The notes beneath the pieces were generated by a model. It did no database searches and was not told the origin of the DNA. It was given only the letters and a program-made list of their open reading frames with translations. A stretch of 64,000 nucleotides of DNA from a bacterium (GTDB taxonomy: Bacteria > Hinthialibacterota > Hinthialibacteria > Hinthialibacterales > Hinthialibacteraceae): NCBI GenBank assembly GCA_963662285.2, contig CAXXMV010000002.1:96001-160000 (forward strand). Reading direction: 5' to 3'. Below are positions 51,572 through 59,413 of the stretch, piece by piece. A program made the position numbers and the translations under genes. Numbering within the stretch: the first letter of the stretch is position 1; each line of letters opens with the position of its first letter.

Positions 51572-51821
51572 TATCGATTAACTGACCCATACCCTGCGGA
51601 TTTAAGCGGGGTTCATCATTACCCTCCAAAGAAGAGAAATTTCGTTTTGAAGCAGATTTGCCCGCATCATCCATTTCTAACATTTCTTTGAATTTCTCAT
51701 TGATAAAACCCGATGTCTTTTGATAGTGCTCCGACAAATTCTGTTGCAGCTTATTCATCGGAACAGGCCGGTATAGCGAAGTGGAATTTGTTAATTGGTT
51801 TGAAACTGATCCTAAATCCAT
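51561..51821 (-). CDS. Small protein with YjfB-like (putative motility) C-terminus
   Basis: Ends LNPQGMGQLIDIMA, matching the G.xxD.xA tail of YjfB-like proteins; GAGGG SD. Confidence 0.55.
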   Translation of the reverse strand: MDLGSVSNQLTNSTSLYRPVPMNKLQQNLSEHYQKTSGFINEKFKEMLEMDDAGKSASKRNFSSLEGNDEPRLNPQGMGQLIDIMA

Positions 51822-51855
51822 GATAATCCCTCAATAATTTATTATCATGAAGCAA

Positions 51856-51872
51856 AGCAACCAGTGTGCCAA
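51856..51872 (-). promoter_or_regulatory. Sigma54 -24/-12 promoter
   Basis: Minus strand TTGGCACACTGGTTGCT = TGGCAC-N5-TTGC, about 35 nt upstream of ATG 51821. Confidence 0.8.
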
Positions 51873-52096
51873 CGATATAACATAAATAAAAACAGTAACT
51901 TATACGACAATATCCCTGCATTAATACCCTGCATCAGGCATATATTTCCTTTTGTCATGAATTTGATGGAAAAATTTCCCTTATTTGCATTAATTTCTTT
52001 GTTCCACTGGAAAAGTAAGGCCTAAATGAGTTATCTTCTTAAACGATATATTTAGTAAATTTGTTATTTATATAGAAGCGTTTATGGAGGATTATC

Positions 52097-53653
52097 TTGG
52101 AAACAGTCGGCATTCGTGGTTTAGACCTTGCAGCTCTCGTTATATATTTCGTGGTAACAATCGGTATTGGTTGTTGGTGCTCGATAAAACTGAAAACAAC
52201 CGAAGGTTACTTTGTGGGAGGAAGAAAAATCCCCGGATGGGCGGTCGGCATATCCATGCTGGGAACCGCCATCAGTTCCGTAACATTCCTGGCCTACCCG
52301 GGTTCCGCTTTCCAGGGGAATTGGAGCAAACTTGTTCCGGGCCTTACCTTGCCTATTGCCGCAGTAGTCGGAGTCTATGTATTTGTACCTTTTTATCGAA
52401 GAATAAAATTGGTCAGCGCTTTCGAATATGCTGAAAGGCGCTTCGGAGCATGGGCCAGAGTTTATGGATGCATAACCTGGGCGCTCAACGCTGCATATAG
52501 AATGGGCATAATCCTCTTCCTGGTATCGCTCCTGGTAAGAAAAATGACCGGCTACGACCTATACACCACAATCATTGTAATGGGCATACTGGTAACCATT
52601 TATACCGTAATGGGCGGTATAGAAGCGGTTATCTGGACGGACGTAATCCAAACCATCGTGCTCTTGATGGGGGGTTTGTTGTGTATCGTTATTGTATTTT
52701 TTCAGATTCCCGGAGGCGTCGGGGCTGTTTTCTCTCAAGCAATTGAGGGACAGAAATTCAATCTGACGGTAAACTGGGAAATGTCTCTCTATATGGAAAC
52801 CGTTTGGGTGCTTATGTTATATGGCCTATTCCAGAACTTACAGGAATTCGCCTGTGATCAAACTAAAATCCAACGCTACTGCGCCGCCTCAAGTGAAAGA
52901 GGCGCCAAGAACTCGGTTTGGATCGGTGGTATTGGATGCATCCCAGTTTGGATTATTTTTATGTTTGTTGGCACATCAATCTGGGCTTTTTATCAGTCAA
53001 ATCCAACTTTGTTACCCAGCGGCATCATGCCGGATGACGTTTTTCCTCATTTTATTTTAACCCAGTTGCCGGCGGGATTGTCGGGATTGGTTATTGCCGC
53101 ATCACTGGCGGCCGCCATGTCGTCTATTGATTCATGCATGAACGGCGTCTCTACCGTGCTTACAACCGATATCTACCAACGTTTTATGAGCAAGAATAGA
53201 GATGACAGCCATTACTTAACTATAGCCCGGTTAATCACTGGTCTCTCCGGCGTTCTGATGATCTCTGCATCATTGTTTTTAGCCTGGATTGTTACCAATG
53301 AAGTAATTGAACTAGAATCCATTCTCGGCCTGGGATTCTTCATATATTCAGTTCTAGCGTGTGGCGTTGGTGGATTGTATTTCCTCGGTTTCTTTACTGT
53401 TTCATCAAACAGCAAAGGCGTTATGGTTGGAATCGCTTTGGCCATGATAATCACAATCTGGATGCTGATAAGCGAATTAGGATTTTTACCCAAATTCGCC
53501 GAAAGCCAATTCCACAGATTAACCATTAATGTATTCAGTAATGTCGCTTCTTTTGTTGTTGGATATTTATTCAGCTACTTATTCGAGGCGCCAAGAGAAG
53601 AACAACTAAAAGGTCTAACCGTATGGACCAATAAAGACGAAGCTGTAAATTAG
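52097..53653 (+). CDS. Sodium:solute symporter (SSS, SiaT/YidK-like)
   Basis: YFVGGR.IPGW, ISSVTFLAYPG, GGIEAVIWTDVIQ, DQ..IQRY, AAAMSSIDS. Confidence 0.93.
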   Translation: METVGIRGLDLAALVIYFVVTIGIGCWCSIKLKTTEGYFVGGRKIPGWAVGISMLGTAISSVTFLAYPGSAFQGNWSKLVPGLTLPIAAVVGVYVFVPFYRRIKLVSAFEYAERRFGAWARVYGCITWALNAAYRMGIILFLVSLLVRKMTGYDLYTTIIVMGILVTIYTVMGGIEAVIWTDVIQTIVLLMGGLLCIVIVFFQIPGGVGAVFSQAIEGQKFNLTVNWEMSLYMETVWVLMLYGLFQNLQEFACDQTKIQRYCAASSERGAKNSVWIGGIGCIPVWIIFMFVGTSIWAFYQSNPTLLPSGIMPDDVFPHFILTQLPAGLSGLVIAASLAAAMSSIDSCMNGVSTVLTTDIYQRFMSKNRDDSHYLTIARLITGLSGVLMISASLFLAWIVTNEVIELESILGLGFFIYSVLACGVGGLYFLGFFTVSSNSKGVMVGIALAMIITIWMLISELGFLPKFAESQFHRLTINVFSNVASFVVGYLFSYLFEAPREEQLKGLTVWTNKDEAVN

Positions 53654-54274
53654 TTAACCATGCTCTATATAAACAACACGGTTAATATCAGTCTGAGTAA
53701 TAATCCCCTCCCGCAAAATTGCGGGGGGGGTTTTTCTGCAATCAACCACCGTCGATGAAGATTTCCGGGGAAGAACTCCGCAATCAATCACTAAATCGAA
53801 GGAATCCAGGAATTCGTGCATTCCCGATAGAGACCATACGGGCTTTTCACCGCTGACATTTAAGCTGGTATTGGCCAATAGAGACCCGCACTGCGATAAA
53901 ATTGATTGAACAATGTCATCCATCGGGCATCTAACGCCAACGGCGCCCTGATGGACGCAGGGGCATTCATCCTGTGCAGCAACAACAAGCGTAAGCGGCC
54001 CTGGCCAGAATTTCTCTGCTAATCTAATTGCGGCGGTGTTGGGAGATACCGCCTCTTCTGCAAAACGCTCCCACGATGGCGTAAATAGAGCAAAAGGTTT
54101 ATCATCTGGCCTCTTTTTTATGTGAGCCATTCTTTCAATCGCCGATGGAATACTTGCTGAACAGATTATTCCATAAACCGTATCGGTTGGAACGCAGACT
54201 ATCCCCCCTTCCATTATTATTTCAGCTGCTTTTTCAATAAGAGATGGATCGGGTTTAGAATTATTTGTTTTCAT
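53654..54274 (-). CDS. tsaC: L-threonylcarbamoyladenylate synthase (YrdC/TsaC)
   Basis: PTDTVYG, K.RP..KP, FWPGPLT, TSLN.SG, STVVD, ILREG. Confidence 0.92.
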   Translation of the reverse strand: MKTNNSKPDPSLIEKAAEIIMEGGIVCVPTDTVYGIICSASIPSAIERMAHIKKRPDDKPFALFTPSWERFAEEAVSPNTAAIRLAEKFWPGPLTLVVAAQDECPCVHQGAVGVRCPMDDIVQSILSQCGSLLANTSLNVSGEKPVWSLSGMHEFLDSFDLVIDCGVLPRKSSSTVVDCRKTPPAILREGIITQTDINRVVYIEHG

Positions 54275-54290
54275 GTTTTTTAGATTTATT

Positions 54291-54414
54291 AAAAAACGGC
54301 AGTTAGATAATGATGAAAACGACAGATGTTAGAATCTTCTGTTTACGAAAACAATCCCCTCTTGAATTCTCCGCCAGTCTTGGGAGAGAGGGTTGATATT
54401 AACCACTCCCTCAA
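54291..54414 (+). repeat. Dispersed repeat, copy 2 (joins the two halves seen at 19633 and 20211)
   Basis: Contains the 19633 unit followed by GGGAGAGAGGGTTGATATTAACCACTCCCTCAAA. Confidence 0.8.
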
Positions 54415-54463
54415 ATAAATAACAGAAAATATGGTATTTACCTTTCAGGTGAAACAAGATAAA

Positions 54464-55450
54464 TCAGGATAATTGCGCATCTATAGGAAGAAAAACGCGG
54501 ATAAATTCATTTAAATATAGATCATCCAGTTTATGAGGCGTTTCTTCTTTTTTAAGAATATTAAAAGCATCAAAAGAGCTGCGTCGCTCCTGAAAAGAAC
54601 GATTAGTGCTTATCGCGTCAAACGCATCAACTATTGCGCATATTCTAGCTGACACCGGGACATCCCTTCCTTTTAATCCTGCCGGATATCCAGAACCATC
54701 CAACCGCTCGTGGTGGTATAAAATCATTTCTCTTGTTTCCTGAGTAACACCCATAAAGCCTTCTACCATTTCAAGACCTTTTTGTGGATGTTCTTTAATA
54801 ATCGCCATCTCATCTTCCGAGAGAGGTCCCGGTTTAATTAATATTTCATGATCCACTGATAATAAACCAATATCATGCAAGAGCAATCCCGGACCAAATC
54901 GCGTCAGGGCTTCTTCCTTGGATATATCCAGCGCTTTCCGGGCTAGAGCCATTCCATAAAGACAAACATTAACTGAATGGCTATAAAGATGATAATCCAT
55001 GGAAGCAAGAGTTATAAAACTATGCGCAGCATTGGGATCAGCGAAAATTACCTCAATAATATTATTCAAGACGCCTTCTGAATGCTTCATCACTTCTATA
55101 GGATCAGCTGACTTATAAACCTGCTCCATCAAATCAACTGACAAATCATAGGTTATGGAACATCGTGAATAGATTGGAACATTGGGATCGCGGATAATGG
55201 AAGCATAATTACGATTGAGGTAGCGCTCAAACTCTTCAAAATCTTCTTCGGAAACCCAAAGTTGCTTGATTTCACTCTTGGTAATATTGGTTATTACACG
55301 ATGATCAACCCTCAAAGAGCGACTAAGAAATAATATCGGCGTTTCATCTGATTCACGCTGAATATACAGGTCTATAGCAGGCACGCGTCCTTCTTGAAGC
55401 GAACTGGCCTGAATGGGATGAAATGTATCCAGAGTTACAGAATCTGACAT
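54464..55450 (-). CDS. HD-GYP domain c-di-GMP phosphodiesterase
   Basis: HSVNV, LLHDIG, HHERLDGSGYP, IVDAFDA. Confidence 0.92.
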   Translation of the reverse strand: MSDSVTLDTFHPIQASSLQEGRVPAIDLYIQRESDETPILFLSRSLRVDHRVITNITKSEIKQLWVSEEDFEEFERYLNRNYASIIRDPNVPIYSRCSITYDLSVDLMEQVYKSADPIEVMKHSEGVLNNIIEVIFADPNAAHSFITLASMDYHLYSHSVNVCLYGMALARKALDISKEEALTRFGPGLLLHDIGLLSVDHEILIKPGPLSEDEMAIIKEHPQKGLEMVEGFMGVTQETREMILYHHERLDGSGYPAGLKGRDVPVSARICAIVDAFDAISTNRSFQERRSSFDAFNILKKEETPHKLDDLYLNEFIRVFLPIDAQLS

Positions 55451-55565
55451 CGCCGTGCTATCCAGTCTCTTAAGAGTAATGGAAGATTGGTTTATTTGTT
55501 TCTAATATCTCCAGCAACATCTTTAATATATTATAGTTACTATAATTATGCAAGTAAAAATTTGT

Positions 55566-56456
55566 TTACACGCGAACTTTCCACTGGGATAATAATGAGT
55601 CTAATTGATCCAGATCATAAAACTGTATCTCAATGGAGCCTTTCTTTTTGCCTTTCATTTTAATATTAACTTTGGTTTGGAAGGCGGTTTCAAGACTTTT
55701 TACCAAGGCTGCTATATGGATATTCTCTTCTTTTTGGGCTGGTTTAACGGCGCTTGCTTCATTTTTTGGCGCCGGATCAGTAATCTCACGAACCAATCGT
55801 TCCGTCTCCCGAACGCTTAAAGACTCTTCAACAATCCTCTTAAAAAGAGAACTTAGCAAGGGAGAATCTTTCAGAGACAACAACGCTTTGGCATGACCAG
55901 CGGAAACCAGCCCAGCGTCAAGCGCACCTAATATTTCCGGAGGAAGTTGCAGGATGCGCAGAGAATTTGCAATTGATTCACGGCTTTTTCCAACTTTTTT
56001 AGCTATTTCTTCCTGAGTAAGAGCGAACCGGTCAGCCAGGTGCTTATATGCATAGGCTTCTTCAATAGGAGTCAGGTCGGAGCGCTGAATATTCTCAACC
56101 AGTGCAATCTCCATAACCCTTGTTTCATCAGCGTCTAACACAATACACGGAGCGCTTGGCAGTTCAGCCATTCTGGCGGCTCGCAGACGCCGTTCACCAG
56201 CCAAAACCTGATACCCATCAGAATTATCCGGCAAGGTTCTAACTAAAAGGGGCTGCAGGATGCCTTGAGAACGGATAGATTCAGCCAATTCAGCCAGTGC
56301 ATCCTCATTAAAATACTTCCTGGGCTGCATTTTGTTAGCTTCAATGAGATAGAGAGGTATTTCTTCTATCTTCTTTCCCATTTCATCAGATTCAACCGGG
56401 GCATCAGAGAGAAGGGCGGATAGGCCACGACCGAGCGCTTTTCGCTTCATGATCAA
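55566..56456 (-). CDS. parB: Chromosome partitioning protein ParB/Spo0J
   Basis: ALGRGLSALL, QPRKYF, GERRLRA, ENIQRSDL, HTH. Confidence 0.97.
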   Translation of the reverse strand: MIMKRKALGRGLSALLSDAPVESDEMGKKIEEIPLYLIEANKMQPRKYFNEDALAELAESIRSQGILQPLLVRTLPDNSDGYQVLAGERRLRAARMAELPSAPCIVLDADETRVMEIALVENIQRSDLTPIEEAYAYKHLADRFALTQEEIAKKVGKSRESIANSLRILQLPPEILGALDAGLVSAGHAKALLSLKDSPLLSSLFKRIVEESLSVRETERLVREITDPAPKNEASAVKPAQKEENIHIAALVKSLETAFQTKVNIKMKGKKKGSIEIQFYDLDQLDSLLSQWKVRV

Positions 56457-57222
56457 TCACTTCCTGAGCTAATTCAGAATATGCGACAGCCCCGACCGAT
56501 CCAGGATCATAAGTAATAATAGGCAATCCATGACTGGGGGCTTCGCTAAGCCGCACGCTACGCGTAATAACGGTATTAAAGACTACTTTTCCATAGGCTT
56601 GACGGATATCCTCTTCAACCTGACGGCTCAAATTAAGACGCCGGTCTGACATGGTTAACAATATTCCATCAAGCGATAATCGTGTATTAAAGTTTTGCCG
56701 GAGAAGGGTGGTTGATTTCAATATTTCCGTCAGACCCTCCAAAGCATAATATTCGCATTGAACCGGAATAATCAAAGAATCAGAGGATAAAATTGCGCAA
56801 AGAGAGAGCAGACCAAGAGATGGAGGGCAATCTATCACAATATAATCAGGTCGATTACTTTCTTCTTCATTCCACAAATAAGTTGATAATGCCCGTTTGA
56901 GAATCCATTTACTCTCTTGATCCATCCCCACCTGCCATTCAGCGGAAAGCAAATCACTATTGGCGGGAGCAACTTGCAGAGTCTCCATGACATGGGGCGT
57001 CAAGACATCAGCAAAGGGCGTTTCATCAATAAGAGTGTCATATATAGTCTTTTCGACGTTATGTTTATCGATGCCCAGGCCGCTTGAAGCGTTACCCTGA
57101 GGATCCAAGTCGATCAAAATGGTTTTTTGCTTACTATGCGCGAGACATGCCGCCAAATTGATGGCCGTTGTTGTTTTACCAACTCCGCCTTTTTGATTTA
57201 CGATGGAAATAATGCGTACCAA
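56404..57222 (-). CDS. parA: Chromosome partitioning ATPase ParA/Soj (start probably TTG 57222)
   Basis: NQKGGVGKTTT, DLDPQGNA, IDCPPSLG, PVQCEYYALEG, VRLSEAPSHG. Confidence 0.97.
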   Translation of the reverse strand: MVRIISIVNQKGGVGKTTTAINLAACLAHSKQKTILIDLDPQGNASSGLGIDKHNVEKTIYDTLIDETPFADVLTPHVMETLQVAPANSDLLSAEWQVGMDQESKWILKRALSTYLWNEEESNRPDYIVIDCPPSLGLLSLCAILSSDSLIIPVQCEYYALEGLTEILKSTTLLRQNFNTRLSLDGILLTMSDRRLNLSRQVEEDIRQAYGKVVFNTVITRSVRLSEAPSHGLPIITYDPGSVGAVAYSELAQEVIDHEAKSARSWPIRPSL

Positions 57223-57444
57223 AATATTTTCCGATCTAGATGAAAATGATGAGTCGGTAAAAAGTGAATGAAAGACGAAACTCACGCTATATCTTGTATA
57301 TAAGTCTTAAGAATATCCACCAATTATTATGGCCAAAAAAAACAGTTTTTGACTTTTTACCGTTTCGTCCAAGATGCCTGTTATTATTCAGAAAACCGCT
57401 CTAAAGCGGAGATTTCAAGTCTTGTATACGGTGAAATGGAATAT

Positions 57445-57460
57445 TGTTCCACGTGGAACA
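57445..57460. promoter_or_regulatory. parS centromere site
   Basis: Perfect palindrome TGTTCCACGTGGAACA upstream of parA. Confidence 0.95.
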
Positions 57461-57523
57461 TCTTTAACTTATTATAATTTAGCGTATTTAGGCTTATAGT
57501 GTTCATACAATCGCTTTTCTTGG

Positions 57524-57864
57524 GTGGTTATTATCAACCCTCTCCTAACCTCTCCCAATCTTGGGAGAGGAATGCGTATCCACCCACGCGTTAGGGTGGG
57601 TCACGCTTCACCGACCCACCAAAAGAAACTGGTTTATTCGGGCGCCCATAAAAGGCGCCCATACTTTTTAAAAACTCCTCTCCCCCAAGCTGGGGGAGAA
57701 TTAAAGAGGGGTTTGTTTTCTGTTACTTTATCGTCTATTTATGGTCTTTCTTACGCAAAAGTGGTTATTATCAACCCTCTCCTAACCTCTCCCAATCTTG
57801 GGAGAGGAATGCGTATCCACCCACGCGTAGGGTGGGCTAAAAGCGATAGCGTAGCCCACCAAAA
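57524..57864. repeat. Composite REP cluster with a ~77-bp direct repeat (57524-57600, 57761-57836)
   Basis: GTGGTTATTATCAACCCTCTCCTAACCTCTCCCAATCTTGGGAGAGGAATGCGTATCCACCCACGCGT twice, interleaved with REP families A and B. Confidence 0.9.
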
Positions 57865-57914
57865 CCCACGACAGACTTGCAACCTACATAAATATTCTCA
57901 GGTTTATCAGAAAA

Positions 57915-58641
57915 TTATAAGGGCTGTTTTTTAATCTTCCCAGGTTTTCGGGGATATTTAACGTCTAGATTCTTTTTTTTCTCAAAAATTACCGCATTAA
58001 ACTCGCTGTCTCTTCCAGGTAATTGATATTTATAAACCTTTTGAAACTGGCAACCTAATAATTTGGCTGGGTTTTGTCGCTATTTCAGTGATATTTTCTT
58101 CGGCGCCCCTCGGTAACAACAAAATTCCGTTCTTTCTAACAAATCCCGCTGTTAACTCTAATGCTGTGGATAACGAACCTACCGCCCTCGCGACGGCTAT
58201 ATCTCCCTTTTCTCTATATAGTTCACTATGAGCCGCGTCCTCCGCCCTACTGTTGATTATATAACAATTATCCAACCTAAGATCTATTATTACCTGTTCT
58301 ATGAAATCGCTTTTTTTGCGGTTTGATTCAACCATGTTTACGCTAATGTCTGGTCTTAGCATGTTGAACAATAAGCCGGGTAGACCCGCCCCTGATCCTA
58401 TATCATATATTACGCATGCTTGAGGAGGATCAATAATATCCAAGAGTTTGATCGCGTCTATCAGGTGAAAATCGACAAAATCTTCAACTTTATTATATCC
58501 AGTGAGGTTTATCTGCTCGTTCTTAGATAGCAGCGTATAGAAATAATCGCCGATCAATGCTCTTGATTGATCCCTGAGCTCTATTGACCGGCGATTTAAT
58601 GAATCTTCAAAAGTATTGTTAAAATCAGTTTTTTTAATCAT
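57915..58641 (-). pseudogene. rsmG: 16S rRNA m7G527 methyltransferase RsmG with an apparent +1 frameshift near 58070 (or sequencing error)
   Basis: INLTG, H..D, DIGSGAGLPG, RAE, ARAV; conserved tail LPG...FEK..KYPRKPGKIKKQPL* lies in another frame ending at 57915. Confidence 0.85.
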
Positions 58642-58643
58642 GT

Positions 58644-59378
58644 TCAGAACAATAGGTTATCTAAACCGTATATAAGCCCTTTTCTTTTCATCATTTCCCT
58701 TACGCCTAGAAGGATTCCCGGCATAAAGCAGCCTCTATTAAGTGAATCATGCTTTAGGGATAAGGTTTGTCCTTCACCACCGAATAATACTTGTTGATGA
58801 GCCAAAAGCCCAGGCAACCTGACGCTATGAACCGCGATTCCACCATAAAACTCTCCACGGGCGGGAGGTTCGGATGTTCCACGTGGAACATTACTGTTTC
58901 CACGGGCTTTTTCTATCAATTCAGCGGTTTTTATGGCTGTTCCCGATGGAGCATCTTTCTTGGCCGGGTGATGCAACTCAATGATCTCTACATCAGGCAT
59001 GTGTTTAGCAATAATCTGGCTGCAATGCATCATTAACACGGCGCCTATCGAAAAATTTGGAGCGATTAATATGGCTGGGCTTTTGTTTTCCGCCTTTTTG
59101 GTTAGTTCTTCTATTTGTTCTGCGGTAAAGCCCGTTGTTCCAATAACGCCGCCAGCTGCTGAATTGAGTATTATTTGGGCATTATCATAGGCGCATGATG
59201 GCGCGGTCAAGTCGACCACGATATTTGCCTGGGTTGATTTAATCTCTTTTGCTAAATCATCTCCCAGATCGGTTTGACCAACTAATTCCATATCTGGCGC
59301 GTTATTTACTGCATTAATGGCTTCGGCGCCCATTTTTCCCTTGGCGCCGTTTACTATTACTTTTACTACTTGCGTCAT
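58644..59378 (-). CDS. dapB: 4-hydroxy-tetrahydrodipicolinate reductase
   Basis: GAKGKMG, IGTTG, APNFSIG, ELHHPAKKDAPSGTA, HSVRLPG. Confidence 0.97.
   Translation of the reverse strand: MTQVVKVIVNGAKGKMGAEAINAVNNAPDMELVGQTDLGDDLAKEIKSTQANIVVDLTAPSCAYDNAQIILNSAAGGVIGTTGFTAEQIEELTKKAENKSPAILIAPNFSIGAVLMMHCSQIIAKHMPDVEIIELHHPAKKDAPSGTAIKTAELIEKARGNSNVPRGTSEPPARGEFYGGIAVHSVRLPGLLAHQQVLFGGEGQTLSLKHDSLNRGCFMPGILLGVREMMKRKGLIYGLDNLLF
58875..58890. promoter_or_regulatory. parS site inside dapB
   Basis: Second perfect TGTTCCACGTGGAACA, encoding (N)VPRGT. Confidence 0.9.
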
Positions 59379-59413
59379 TTTATTTCCTCCTGTTCAATTA
59401 GGCTTGCATTATA

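Noticed and set aside
57524-57934. 136-aa ORF with internal duplication (also 42986..43219, 47839..48096, 19881..20087)
   Set aside because: Translations of REP clusters, with no SD or protein-like features.
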